IMG/VR virus record: IMGVR_UViG_2562617057_000010
Span: 9,241-73,240 of that record
Origin: a virus
Lineage: Duplodnaviria; Heunggongvirae; Uroviricota; Caudoviricetes
Direction: 5' to 3' (one strand)
DNA: 64,000 bases
The notes beneath the pieces are model-generated. The model made no database searches. It was not told where the DNA came from and was given only the letters and a program-made list of their open reading frames with translations. This document shows positions 48,942 through 59,193 of this stretch, piece after piece. Every line of letters starts with the position of its first letter. The first letter of the stretch is position 1. The translations under genes were made by a program, and so were the position numbers.

Positions 48942-50765
48942 ATGAAATATACCGAAGAAGTCAGGGACGCTGCCCGCGCCCTGTATCTGAAATTCAGTAC
49001 ACCAAAAGAGATAGCGGCCACGCTGGGGCTTCCTGTGCGTACCGTTTATAACTGGGCTGTCCGGGGGCAATGGAATGAAATGTTACCAGCCGAGTCGGTG
49101 GAAGTGGCTGTCGCTCGGCGAGTGGAACGACTGACCTGCAAGGATGGTAAAAGCGAGCTTGAGCTTGAAGAGCTGCGCTTCCTGATATCCCAGCACGTCA
49201 GGCTGATGGCGCAGAAGAACAAACATGCTGAACGGATGGAAGAGATCCGGGCGATGGTCAATACCGGCGTGGTGGTCAATGATGGCCGACAGGGTAGCAG
49301 TGAAGAAGGGAATGACGAAGGTGGTAAAAAAAGGAAGCGACTACGTAAAAATGATGTCGGCGGACTGACAAAAGAAATATTTGATGAAAAAGCGAATGGT
49401 CATCTGTTTGAATATCAGCAATATGTGCGTGAGCACGGCGACGAACTGTTCCGCTTCATTCTGAAAGGGCGACAGGAAGGATTTACCTACTATTTTGCAT
49501 GGGAAGGGTTTGAAAAGGCCGTTCTCACGGGCAAGAATCAGATATTCTTTTCCGCCAGTAAACCCCAGGCGGAAGTTTTCCGTTTCTATATTCTCAGTAT
49601 TGCGCAGCAATTCTTTGGTGTCGAGCTTAAAGGCAACCCGATTCGCCTCAGCAATGGTGCGATACTGCGTTTTCTGGCGACCAATCCCAATACGGCGCAG
49701 TCCTACAGTGGCGACCTGTACGGGGATGAGGTCTTCTGGATATCGAAATTTGCCCGCCTGCATGAAGTGGCGTCAGCGATGGCGACGCATGACGAATTCC
49801 GTATTACCTATTTTTCAACCCCCAGCACTAAAACGCACCAGGCTTACAGGCTGTGGACAGGGGATGAATGGAAGGGCGACGATCCGAAACGTAAGGCGGC
49901 GGAGTTCCCGACCAGCAAGGAATTGCGTAAAGGTGGACAGGTCTGCCCTGACGGGATCTGGCGCTATGTCATCACAATGGAGGATGCGTGCGCTAAGGGA
50001 CTCAGTGCCAGAGTTAACATTGAGAAGCTGCGTAACCGCTACAGCGCCACGGCGTTTGCCATGCTGTACATGTGTGAGTTCACTGACTCCCGCGACACAG
50101 TATTTAAATTCTCAGACCTTGAAAAATGTGAGGTTGAGTTCGGCATCTGGCAGGACTTCGACCCCTCCGCATTACGGCCTTTTGGTAATCGTGAGGTGTG
50201 GGGTGGTTTTGATCCGTCACGAACGGGTGATAACTCAACATTTGTTATTGTGGCCCCGCCTGTTGAGCCTAAAGAAAAATTTCGCGTGCTGGCTGTCTAC
50301 CAGTGGGTGGGGCTTAACTTCACCTGGCAGGTTAAGCAGATTGAAGAATTAATGAAACGCTACCGGTTTACGCATATCGGGGTGGATATCACGGGTATTG
50401 GCCGGGGTGTTTATGATCAACTGGTACGCTCCGCACCGCGTGAGGTGATGGGGATTAACTACAGTGTTGATAATAAAAATAAACTGGTGCTTAAGATGAT
50501 TGACCTCATTGAGCGGCGACGTATCCAGTGGGTGAAAGATGCGGTTGATGAGGTGACAAAAGAACGTGCCGATATCCCGCTGGCATTTATGGCCATCCGC
50601 CGTGTAATGACTGCCAGTCAGAACGCAATGACGTTCGCCGCCGAACGCAGCGAAACGACCGGTCACGCGGACGTATTTTTTGCCATATCGCACGCGGTCT
50701 GTAATGAACCGCTCGACTATGAATATGACCGCCCCTCGGTGTGGGCATTCGGGAAGGCTGCATGA
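48942..50765 (+). CDS. terminase ATPase (large) subunit, P2 gpP-like
   Basis: About 607 aa from ATG 48942 (track ORF 48747 has an N-terminal extension overlapping O); divergent from O as in P2. Confidence 0.8.
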   Translation: MKYTEEVRDAARALYLKFSTPKEIAATLGLPVRTVYNWAVRGQWNEMLPAESVEVAVARRVERLTCKDGKSELELEELRFLISQHVRLMAQKNKHAERMEEIRAMVNTGVVVNDGRQGSSEEGNDEGGKKRKRLRKNDVGGLTKEIFDEKANGHLFEYQQYVREHGDELFRFILKGRQEGFTYYFAWEGFEKAVLTGKNQIFFSASKPQAEVFRFYILSIAQQFFGVELKGNPIRLSNGAILRFLATNPNTAQSYSGDLYGDEVFWISKFARLHEVASAMATHDEFRITYFSTPSTKTHQAYRLWTGDEWKGDDPKRKAAEFPTSKELRKGGQVCPDGIWRYVITMEDACAKGLSARVNIEKLRNRYSATAFAMLYMCEFTDSRDTVFKFSDLEKCEVEFGIWQDFDPSALRPFGNREVWGGFDPSRTGDNSTFVIVAPPVEPKEKFRVLAVYQWVGLNFTWQVKQIEELMKRYRFTHIGVDITGIGRGVYDQLVRSAPREVMGINYSVDNKNKLVLKMIDLIERRRIQWVKDAVDEVTKERADIPLAFMAIRRVMTASQNAMTFAAERSETTGHADVFFAISHAVCNEPLDYEYDRPSVWAFGKAA

Positions 50766-51817
50766 GTAAACGTAAAAGCGCACGCCTGCGTAAACGGGCA
50801 CAGACAGAAAATTTTACTCCCGGACGCGGCAATATTATCACTTTTGGGGAGCCGGAACCGATACTGACTACCGGCACGGAATACATCAACGTCTGGTATA
50901 ACGGTAGCTACAACTACTGGACACTACCAATAGACAGACTTGCGCTCGCGCAGTTGCCGAACCTTAACGCCCAGCATGGCGGCGTACTGTATGCACGCAA
51001 AAATATGGTGTGTGCCAGCTACCAGGGGGGTGGACTGACGACCGATCAGATGGAAATGGCTGTCTTTGACTACCTGCTGTTTGGTGATGTGGCCATTCTG
51101 AAGGTCCGTAACGGGTGGGGACGGGTGGTGGCGCTGGCACCATTACCGTCTTTGTATCTGCGTCGCAGCAAGCAACTTGATTTTATCGTGTTACAGGAGG
51201 GCGAGCCGCTGGTCTATTCGCCGTCTGATGTTGTGTTTTTACGTATGCATGATCCGCGACAGCAGATTTATGGACTGCCTGATTATATCGGTGGTATTCA
51301 TTCAGCGTTACTGAACAGTGAGGCGACCATTTTCAGACGTCGCTACTATCACAACGGTGCGCATATGGGGTTCATCATGTACGCGTCCGACCCGAATATG
51401 TCTGTTGAGGCTGAAGAAGCTATACGTAAAAAAATAGAGAGCGGTAACGGGCTTGGGAATTTCCGTAACATGTTTATCAGTATCCCAAAAGGGCAACCGG
51501 ACGGGATTAAAATTATTCCGGTTGGGGATATTCAGCAAAAAGATGAGTTTTCAAATGTGAAGAATATCAGCGCTCAGGATGTTCTTACGGCGCACCGCTT
51601 TCCGGCTGGTCTTGCCGGTATTATCCCGCAAAATGCGAGCGGACTTGGCGATCCCGATAAGGCAAGGACAACCTATGGACGGGATGAAGTGACACCTGTC
51701 TGCCGTAAATTCATGCAGGCTGTGAACAGCGATCCCGAAATCCCCCCGTCGTTACACCTTAATTTTACGCTGGAAGATGTGGAAAATGTGGTGTCTGCGC
51801 TGGCTGATGAAAAATAA
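50762..51817 (+). CDS. portal protein, P2 gpQ-like
   Basis: 351 aa from ATG 50762 overlapping P stop (ATGA); follows terminase as in P2 P-Q. Confidence 0.8.
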   Translation: MSKRKSARLRKRAQTENFTPGRGNIITFGEPEPILTTGTEYINVWYNGSYNYWTLPIDRLALAQLPNLNAQHGGVLYARKNMVCASYQGGGLTTDQMEMAVFDYLLFGDVAILKVRNGWGRVVALAPLPSLYLRRSKQLDFIVLQEGEPLVYSPSDVVFLRMHDPRQQIYGLPDYIGGIHSALLNSEATIFRRRYYHNGAHMGFIMYASDPNMSVEAEEAIRKKIESGNGLGNFRNMFISIPKGQPDGIKIIPVGDIQQKDEFSNVKNISAQDVLTAHRFPAGLAGIIPQNASGLGDPDKARTTYGRDEVTPVCRKFMQAVNSDPEIPPSLHLNFTLEDVENVVSALADEK

Positions 51818-51867
51818 CCCGAAAAAGACTATATTACCCCTGCAACCGGTCAGATTGTGGGGGGGTT

Positions 51868-52143
51868 ATGGCGGGTGTGATGAAAATTGAATGTCCGGCG
51901 TGTCACTGCCGGGCGGCTATACGCAAAACTGCATGGCAGGATGACGCAAAAACGCTGGCGGTAGTTTATTGCACCTGCACTAATTCTGACTGTAATATGC
52001 GTTTTTCGCTCAATCTTTCCGATCTTCGCGTGATTTCACCCAGTGACCTGCAAACTGATGGTGTCGTTAAAGCATTGCTCCAGCGCCTTAAACCAGACGA
52101 AAGGCAAATGGCACTGGATATTCTGCTCAGTGATGGCGCGTAA
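51868..52143 (+). CDS. ogr: Ogr/Delta-type zinc-finger late transcription activator
   Basis: CPAC-x~20-CTCTNSDC cysteine pattern of Ogr/Delta family; 91-aa ORF. Confidence 0.6.
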   Translation: MAGVMKIECPACHCRAAIRKTAWQDDAKTLAVVYCTCTNSDCNMRFSLNLSDLRVISPSDLQTDGVVKALLQRLKPDERQMALDILLSDGA

Positions 52144-52198
52144 GTGCCATTCTGTGGGGCGGTGGATCTTCCGCTTCCTCGCCCTGACAGACTCACCG

Positions 52199-52447
52199 CT
52201 ATGCGGTTCGCCCGGCATTTCTGAAATCAATGTGCAATAGCTCCAGTGCGGCTTCTTTATCAGCACCCGTTAATTCGAGATAATCCCAGAGGCTGGCGCA
52301 TAAACCACAGTTTCGCGAAAATATTCCGTCTGGATTTGCTCCGTTTTTCAGCCACAAATCATAAGTAATATAAAATCCGTGAAGTTGTTGCCTGATATTT
52401 TCTTTGATTTCCTGTACTGGCACGGTGTCTGGTAATTGCTCTCTCAT
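52199..52447 (-). CDS. hypothetical protein (distal to replication gene)
   Basis: 82-aa ORF overlapping upstream gene by 4 nt. Confidence 0.4.
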   Translation of the reverse strand: MREQLPDTVPVQEIKENIRQQLHGFYITYDLWLKNGANPDGIFSRNCGLCASLWDYLELTGADKEAALELLHIDFRNAGRTA

Positions 52448-52875
52448 TGTGGATCTCTCCTGTGTTGTGCCGGTCTGGCGAATGAAGGGTGCTGCGATGA
52501 AAAGACCCTTCGCGCCAGTGCGGCCTTGCGATTGACGGCAGTCAGTGTTCTGGCCAGCGCGACATTGTGTTTGCGGGCCTGCTCTTCGTGGTACTTCTGC
52601 ATGATTTTTCCGGCCGGGGTGAGCGGCTCCGGTTCTTCCGGCGAACGGCGTGGGCGAACGGCAATGGTCCAGCTCTGATATTCACTGCCCGGTCGCCTGT
52701 TAAGTATGTCGGTGATGGTGGTTGTGGTGGTGCGATCGGGGCTGGCCACCGTGATTTCCAGTTCGTCCCCGGGCTGTGGTCTTGTGGCTACGCCTCTCAG
52801 TGTCATGGCTGGCGTGCGCTGGCGCATAACGGCGTCGAACTGCTGACGCTGCATGGTGCAGTGAAATCGCGTCAT
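52444..52875 (-). CDS. hypothetical protein
   Basis: 143-aa ORF overlapping the stop of the replication gene by 4 nt. Confidence 0.45.
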   Translation of the reverse strand: MTRFHCTMQRQQFDAVMRQRTPAMTLRGVATRPQPGDELEITVASPDRTTTTTITDILNRRPGSEYQSWTIAVRPRRSPEEPEPLTPAGKIMQKYHEEQARKHNVALARTLTAVNRKAALARRVFSSQHPSFARPAQHRRDPQ

Positions 52876-55391
52876 GATCTTACCTCCGCTGACGACTCCT
52901 GTGTGATGACGATACGGCGGGTTGTGGCGCTCCAGTACGCGATACGCCCGTCGCCCGGGCGAACGCGGGCACCGTTACTCACGGAAATAATGGCTGCGTC
53001 AGGCAGCTGCACACCCAGCGCGTCGAGTTCGCGGGTGATTTGTGCGATGGTCGTGGTGTCGACAGGCACGACAACCTCCACCCTGACAGGGGTGTCTGAT
53101 GCTGGTCTGGTGTTATTTTGTCCGGTATCCGTGGTGGGCGGCTGATTTTTAAGCTGTCTGATGAGCTGTTTCCGCTCGTGACGGGTTAACGTCTGCAACC
53201 AGTGCGCCAGGCCGCTTTCCGGAAGCGTCAGCCGCGACCCACGCTGCCTGTTTTCTGTGCCGGTTCCGGCTGTTTTTTCGTCACCGGGACAGTTATTGCC
53301 ACGAGTCCAAGGGGCGGCAGGGCCGCCCTGAAGGTCAAAACCATTTTCGCGGGCGCTGTCTTCCGCTTCCGGTTTACGTCTTACCAGCTTCCAGTTGTCC
53401 GGATGCGTGCACACACGGGAGGATTCCCCGATGAGTGGCGACCAGATCCCGTAAATCTGTACGCTCTGTTCGCCGTAATCGTTCAGCTCATCTGCGAGGT
53501 CGTAGGCGGTGCGAATCAGGTAGTCCTTACGTGGAACAAGTACGCCGCCCTGTTTCTCTATGTAGGTGGCAAAACACCCGGCATCAGCGGCAGCAAGAAC
53601 CGCATCCATTGCGTCATCCTTCAGCCGTTGCGGACCTTCTGGGTTGCGTGCCATCTGGCTGGCAAGGCGGCGCAGTTCACGCCATACCTGACGGGAGGGG
53701 ATGCCAAAGAACTGGAACTGGCGGACCCGGTGAAGGCGCGCCCAGCCGATGGCGCGTTCCACGCTTTCTGCCATCGTCTTTCCTGATTCGTCGTCGATGC
53801 GCGGTTTGCCTGTTTTCGGGTCAATGCCATCCACGGCGTGGCTGTCCAGGTTCTTTCCGATGTAGGTGGCGATATAGCTGGTCGGCGTACCTTTCGAACC
53901 GTCGACGTACTCCGCCTTAAAGCGCGGAGTTATGTCATCGCCCAGCTCGTGGCGGTCTTCACGAATGGCAATATCGCGGGCGATGGTCACGATGCTGTCG
54001 ATTTCTTCAGGATGTGCAAAGACCATCATATGCCAGTGCACCGTGCCGTCATGGTGAGGCTCCACCGTGCGGATGCCATACCAGCGCAGGCCCTTGCGGT
54101 CCAGTCTGTTACGAACGGCTTTAAAAAAAGTGTTAACCAGATAATCACTGGAATCGCGCATGGTAGCCCCGTTCCATTTGGGGTTCGGATGACCGTTCTC
54201 CGTTGTTGCGTGGTATTTTGACGGGCAGGTGACAGTCAGAAACACCGCTTTGTCGCCACGGGATTCGGCTATAAGTTCCGCCCCTTTCATGGTGGCCATC
54301 ATTTCTGCCTTACGGTGAACCGGGTTACTTACTCCCGCGTAATACACTGTCTCGAGATCAATCGTGAACCCGTCTTCATTTTCCAGCATGAAACTTTTCA
54401 GAAAATCGCGTGTTTTCTCGCGCTGTGCGCGAAACTCACTTAACGCGTCCTGGCTCAGATAGGGCGATGTTTTTCTGGAAACCAGACAGGCGGCGCGGAG
54501 TTGTTCTTCTCTCCACTCGCAACGTAAAAGCCACAGTTTGCGTTTCCACCAGTCCGCACAGGTCAGGCGAAGGATTGCGCTCGGCAGCAGTTCCGTGTCC
54601 GGTTCGTTCTTGCGGTCTTTGTCTGTTGTCAGCGCGTCATAATGTGGAGGCATGGCGTGCAGGTGTAGCGCCATGCGGGCCAGCATCTGATACGCCTTCA
54701 GTGCCACCTCCATGGTCAGCTCGCCATCTCTGGCACCGAAACCATCACAGAGTGTTTCAAAGGAGCTGCTGAACATTGCCGCCGTCATGGTGCCCAGCGT
54801 CTGTATCTGGTGCTTGTTAAGCTGCGGCAGGTACAGCAAATCGTCTAGGCGTTCGCGTCCGGCAAGGGCGCGATAACCCGGTGTCAGCCAGCGGCTGTCG
54901 GTGCGGTCCAGTCGTTCGAATATTTTGCGCAGGGTTCCGCGCGCGTAGCCCTCTGATGGTCGACTCTTTTTGCCTTTCTGGCGGTCAGATTCCTGCTTCT
55001 TACGTAAAAAAGAGAGGCGGCGGCTCAGAGGTTCACGCAGATAAACAGGTAGCGCCTTTAGTGTGACAAATGCACGGGCCACCGGGTCTTGTTCTGTTGC
55101 CTGGCGCTTGCTGATGATGCTTTGTGTTACCTTCTCGCGCCGTTCGTCCTCATCGAGGGCGACCATGAGTTTTTTACCCATGTCTGACTGCACAAAAAAG
55201 GCTTCTTCTTCCGCCTCCCTGACTTCCTGTGCTTTCAGATCTGCTTCCTGGTAGTAGCGTATGGCCTGTTGCAACGGGGTTTCAGGCGTAGGCTGATACT
55301 TCGCAAATGTGGCTGGGTCAATGGCCTGCCGTGGTTCGTTCCAGTCCCAGGTAAATTTACTCATGGTTGACACCCTGTCACGCGTTGCCAT
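52872..55391 (-). CDS. replication initiation endonuclease, P2 gpA-like
   Basis: 839 aa with HUH-type motif (TVHWHMMVF), at the end of the early operon. Confidence 0.85.
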   Translation of the reverse strand: MATRDRVSTMSKFTWDWNEPRQAIDPATFAKYQPTPETPLQQAIRYYQEADLKAQEVREAEEEAFFVQSDMGKKLMVALDEDERREKVTQSIISKRQATEQDPVARAFVTLKALPVYLREPLSRRLSFLRKKQESDRQKGKKSRPSEGYARGTLRKIFERLDRTDSRWLTPGYRALAGRERLDDLLYLPQLNKHQIQTLGTMTAAMFSSSFETLCDGFGARDGELTMEVALKAYQMLARMALHLHAMPPHYDALTTDKDRKNEPDTELLPSAILRLTCADWWKRKLWLLRCEWREEQLRAACLVSRKTSPYLSQDALSEFRAQREKTRDFLKSFMLENEDGFTIDLETVYYAGVSNPVHRKAEMMATMKGAELIAESRGDKAVFLTVTCPSKYHATTENGHPNPKWNGATMRDSSDYLVNTFFKAVRNRLDRKGLRWYGIRTVEPHHDGTVHWHMMVFAHPEEIDSIVTIARDIAIREDRHELGDDITPRFKAEYVDGSKGTPTSYIATYIGKNLDSHAVDGIDPKTGKPRIDDESGKTMAESVERAIGWARLHRVRQFQFFGIPSRQVWRELRRLASQMARNPEGPQRLKDDAMDAVLAAADAGCFATYIEKQGGVLVPRKDYLIRTAYDLADELNDYGEQSVQIYGIWSPLIGESSRVCTHPDNWKLVRRKPEAEDSARENGFDLQGGPAAPWTRGNNCPGDEKTAGTGTENRQRGSRLTLPESGLAHWLQTLTRHERKQLIRQLKNQPPTTDTGQNNTRPASDTPVRVEVVVPVDTTTIAQITRELDALGVQLPDAAIISVSNGARVRPGDGRIAYWSATTRRIVITQESSAEVRS

Positions 55392-55750
55392 TCCTGCGAG
55401 AAGAGGGCAGAAAGACGGTTAAACTCAGTGGTGTATTCACTCAGCGAGGCACACCCGCCAGCGGTGCGATGCGCCAGCATTGCTGCAAACACGGAGGCAG
55501 GGGAGTTGTAATACGCCAGCAGGGAGTCGCCGTGTGGTGTCAGGGTGTACAGGGCCAGACCGTGTGGTGTGAAGTCCACGCGGTAACAGTCGTCCACGAT
55601 GAAATAAAGGGGGCCTGCGTTCTCTGGTTTTGTGGTGCGAGCCTGGCTGGCGCGGGCACGGAGATAGAAATCAAACATTGCCTGAAGTTTTGGAGCCAGA
55701 CGGGTGTCCTGTGTGCGCACCCATTTTACGAAGTCATGACGGTCAATCAT
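55361..55750 (-). CDS. hypothetical early protein
   Basis: 129-aa ORF overlapping A start. Confidence 0.45.
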   Translation of the reverse strand: MIDRHDFVKWVRTQDTRLAPKLQAMFDFYLRARASQARTTKPENAGPLYFIVDDCYRVDFTPHGLALYTLTPHGDSLLAYYNSPASVFAAMLAHRTAGGCASLSEYTTEFNRLSALFSQEWQRVTGCQP

Positions 55751-55822
55751 GCTGCACCTCGCTTTGTTAAAGATGTGCGAAGGCCTCCCGCCGCAAGGTG
55801 CAGGAAAGGCCCGGAACAGGAA

Positions 55823-56053
55823 TTAATGGAGTTTGTTTTGCTGCTGGATGAGCTGTTGAAGCTCGTGCAGATCATCCGCCAGATAGCTGAATACAGCGGC
55901 GCAGTAGCTGTCTGACAGCGCGTGGCTGCGTTCATGCAGCATATTGATGTGCATGATTTGCGCGACGCGTGATGCGCGGAAAAGTCTGCGGTTGATTTCA
56001 GTCTGGATGTGACGACGCGCAGCGTATGCGCGCTGTTGTTTGCGGTTTGCCAT
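55823..56053 (-). CDS. hypothetical early protein
   Basis: 76-aa ORF. Confidence 0.4.
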   Translation of the reverse strand: MANRKQQRAYAARRHIQTEINRRLFRASRVAQIMHINMLHERSHALSDSYCAAVFSYLADDLHELQQLIQQQNKLH

Positions 56054-56373
56054 GATGTGGCCTCTATGTGTGTAAGTTTTGAAAACTCACCATCCAGAGG
56101 TCTCAAACTCGGGGTGGCGAGACGTACAGGGTTGAGACTACCGGCAAACATAGAACCCGGCCCGACCGAAGTCGGCCCCGTACGCCCCACCATAATTCGT
56201 GTGCGAAAAAGATGTGGCGATACAGTACGCACAAAAAAACCGCTGGCGCGGTTGTGCGCTATGTTTGTCAGCGGGGTCTCAATCCCGGCACCCGTTTTAT
56301 GAGGTGCAGCGGAAATGTAACCTGACTGATTGCGACATGGCAAGCGGTTTTTTTGTGTGTGCATGATGATCAC

Positions 56374-56928
56374 TCAGTTCGGCAGCAGTTCGTACAACAG
56401 GGCGTCGGCGGCGGTCCGGCGGTTGTAGAGGTGAAACGCCGTATCATCGCTGATGTGCATTTGCATCGTGATGTTGATGTGTTTCGCGATTATGCAGAAC
56501 GTCATGTTGCGTCTGTCGCGTAGCTCCGTAACCAGCTCAGCCAGACGATCGCTGTATCTGGTGCAATGGTGGCTCTCGCCGCATTTCTTAAGGCTGTAAC
56601 CCCGTTTATGCAGTGTGTACCTCACGGTGCACTCGCTGCATCCCGCCTTCCGGGCCAGTTCCCGTGCGGTTTTTGCGTGACGGTTTTTGATGAGAAAGGC
56701 GATGGCTTCTGCACTCAGCGGTGCTTTTTTCTTGCGACCAATCAACCCGCGATTACGTAAAAAAAGAATCCGGTGCATCACTGCGCTGCGGGTTCGCTGA
56801 AGTCGTTCAGCCATTTGCCATGTGCTGTGATCCTGATAAAGCGAGATAAGCAGTTCGTCTTCCTGTTGTGTCCATGCACTGACGTGCTTCGGTGCTTTAC
56901 CTGGTCCCCCCATTGGTTTCAGAAACAT
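56374..56928 (-). CDS. hypothetical DNA-binding protein
   Basis: 184-aa ORF with several basic HTH-like segments. Confidence 0.45.
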   Translation of the reverse strand: MFLKPMGGPGKAPKHVSAWTQQEDELLISLYQDHSTWQMAERLQRTRSAVMHRILFLRNRGLIGRKKKAPLSAEAIAFLIKNRHAKTARELARKAGCSECTVRYTLHKRGYSLKKCGESHHCTRYSDRLAELVTELRDRRNMTFCIIAKHINITMQMHISDDTAFHLYNRRTAADALLYELLPN

Positions 56929-57230
56929 GATTTGGCCTCCTTACGGCTTTCTGGTGTGGAGATGATCAGATTCAGTTTCAGGGCGGTGGCGTGTTCCTCT
57001 TTTGCCCCCGGCGAGTCCTCCCAGCCATCCAGCAGGTAAATCACATCGGCACAGTGCAGCATGGCGCTCCCGATAAGCATGTAGTCCCTGTATCTCAGCC
57101 CGTCAGGGAGTGTTGCGGGGTTGAGTACGGTATGGCCCTGCATCCTCAGGCGGGTCGCTGTCATGGTGAAGGCGGTGCGGTTGAAATCAGGCTTTCCCGT
57201 CATGGGGCCGGCGATATAGATAACGGTCAT
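56919..57230 (-). CDS. small conserved phage protein (DUF4406-like candidate)
   Basis: 103 aa (MTVIYIAGPMTG...), overlaps dam stop. Confidence 0.4.
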   Translation of the reverse strand: MTVIYIAGPMTGKPDFNRTAFTMTATRLRMQGHTVLNPATLPDGLRYRDYMLIGSAMLHCADVIYLLDGWEDSPGAKEEHATALKLNLIISTPESRKEAKSCF

Positions 57231-58189
57231 TGCATGATCTCCGTGGTGGGGTGTGGAGCGTGAAGGGGAGACGGCCAGCCCACATTGACGTCCCGGAGCT
57301 GGCTTTTATGGGCTGGCGGATAAACACCAATTACCTCTTTTGCCTGCTGGCGTGCGCTGCTGCTGGCAGCAACAGAGCGGCGAACGCTCAGGGTGTGCAG
57401 CTCAAACGAGGAATAGATTTGCCGGGTTTCGGTGGTGTCACTGTTGGAGACCACCGGGCGGATACCGTAACGCTGCCAGGCGTTCATCATGAGCGCCGCA
57501 AGGTCACGGTGGTCTTTACGGGTGAATGCCCGGCCGTTGTAGTGAGTGAATGCCTCTTTACCGTCCGGCGGCAGGTAGGGCGGATCGCAGTAAATGGCGA
57601 TACCGCCGTGCACTGAAGAAAAACGGCGGATCTCAGCCGGCATTGTGAAGGCTGTACGGAAATCCGCGTGAATAAAGCGGGTTCGTGTCTCGCGGGCTTT
57701 ATCAGCAAACAGGCGCATTTCCTGATCGGGGAAATAAGGTGTGCGGTGTTTGCCGAATGGCACATTGAATTCGCCTTTTTGGTTGGTGCGGTGCAGGCCG
57801 TTAAAGCAATAGCGGTTCAGGTACAGAAACAGCGCTGCCCATTCCAGGGATTCGCCGCGTAATCTGTCGGTGGCCAGCGCGATGGTGTTAAATGCCCCGC
57901 GATGGCGTTTGTAGGCTTCCGGTGTGCCACCATCCTTAAAGAGTGACCATGCACGATCCATTAATTCCATGGTGTTGGTCGTCAGTTGCTGGTAGAAATT
58001 AATCAGCGCGGGGTTGCTGTCACACAATACGTAATGGTCGTAATCCGTATTCATGAAGACAGAGCCACCGCCCACGAAGGGTTCGATCAGGCAGGCGGCT
58101 TTGGGTAAATATTCGCGCAGCTGCGGCATGATACTGAATTTGCCGCCCGCCCATTTGAGCGGTGAGCGCTGGTTCAGAATACCTTTCAT
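57227..58189 (-). CDS. dam: DNA adenine methyltransferase (Dam family, orphan)
   Basis: LKWAGGK and FVGGGS SAM-binding motifs plus DPPY catalytic motif; no adjacent restriction enzyme gene. Confidence 0.85.
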   Translation of the reverse strand: MKGILNQRSPLKWAGGKFSIMPQLREYLPKAACLIEPFVGGGSVFMNTDYDHYVLCDSNPALINFYQQLTTNTMELMDRAWSLFKDGGTPEAYKRHRGAFNTIALATDRLRGESLEWAALFLYLNRYCFNGLHRTNQKGEFNVPFGKHRTPYFPDQEMRLFADKARETRTRFIHADFRTAFTMPAEIRRFSSVHGGIAIYCDPPYLPPDGKEAFTHYNGRAFTRKDHRDLAALMMNAWQRYGIRPVVSNSDTTETRQIYSSFELHTLSVRRSVAASSSARQQAKEVIGVYPPAHKSQLRDVNVGWPSPLHAPHPTTEIMQ

Positions 58190-58425
58190 GCGTCACTCTC
58201 CGGTTTTTTCCCGCGTGTGAATGGGGTGGGTTCGAGCGTGATTTCGCGCCGGATATTGCGCACGCGTAACTGCGAGCCGTCGTTCAGGCAGATCACGCGT
58301 TCATCATCCGGGCCGGTGATGTTGTCCAGCAGCGAACGGTCAGGGTTGATGTGGCGTTCCCTGATGCGGTAATGGTCGCCGGTGACAGTGCTCTCGCACA
58401 GAATGCAGATAATGGCGGGTTTCAT
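58186..58425 (-). CDS. hypothetical protein
   Basis: 79-aa ORF with 4-nt overlaps. Confidence 0.4.
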   Translation of the reverse strand: MKPAIICILCESTVTGDHYRIRERHINPDRSLLDNITGPDDERVICLNDGSQLRVRNIRREITLEPTPFTRGKKPESDA

Positions 58426-58952
58426 GCGTCAGCCCTCCACTGCGACAACATCACGATGTGGGTGAAGGTGTACCGCCAGTAGGTTTCGTTTTTGGGGTTT
58501 TCTATGTGGCAGGTGTCCCGCATGAATGCAAAGAGTTCGTCGCGGGGATGGTTTTCAGGGTTAAAGCCGTCCCTGACGGCCACTTCATCGGTTATCTGGC
58601 GGCCCTGTATTACACCGATATCGGCAATGAAGGCCACGGCGAACGGCACGGTTTCGCCGTTCTTGTTTTCTGTGACCAGATGAATGTTGTCATACTGCCG
58701 GTAGGGCTGTCTTTTCAGGAGTCCGGCAAAGTCTGATGCGCGGGTAAATGTGGTTCCCTCTTCAAAAACCAGGGTACCGCCGGCGCTGTAATCGGGAAGA
58801 ACGATGTTGCGGGTCAGGGTGTCTTCATGAAAATATTCTGCTGACTCCTGGCCCGCCTGGTAGCAATCAAACCCCGTCGGGCGAAGGGATGTGGTCTTGC
58901 GTCCGTTGCGGAATGCGTCAATAAAGCAGGGCTTAAATTTCATCTGTAACAT
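58422..58952 (-). CDS. ASCH-domain-like protein (candidate)
   Basis: 176 aa; N-terminal FRNGRKTTSLR resembles the ASCH GxKxxExR motif. Confidence 0.4.
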   Translation of the reverse strand: MLQMKFKPCFIDAFRNGRKTTSLRPTGFDCYQAGQESAEYFHEDTLTRNIVLPDYSAGGTLVFEEGTTFTRASDFAGLLKRQPYRQYDNIHLVTENKNGETVPFAVAFIADIGVIQGRQITDEVAVRDGFNPENHPRDELFAFMRDTCHIENPKNETYWRYTFTHIVMLSQWRADA

Positions 58953-59193
58953 CGTCTTATCCTCTTCACGTATTCGTTATGGTTAAGCAGTACCCATGTC
59001 CGGCTTTCGTCCAGACTTAACAGCCGGTAACGGTACATGACGTTGATGACGCGGGCGGGCGGTACCCGCTCCAGCCGTCGCACGTGTGACCGGCCCCCTT
59101 CAGCAGGCGACGGTATGCCGCCCTTGCTGCCCGCTCCGGCTTTCCCCCCTGGCTTCATCCGGTTTTTGCGGTGTCGCGCAGGGATAATCAGCT

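Noticed and set aside
56110-56191. 82-nt segment starting GGGGTGG and ending CCCCACCA that superficially looks like a tRNA acceptor stem with CCA end
   Set aside because: No consistent cloverleaf: no D-arm pairing, no T-loop GTTC at the expected position, and one acceptor-stem mismatch; treated as part of the structured noncoding gap instead.
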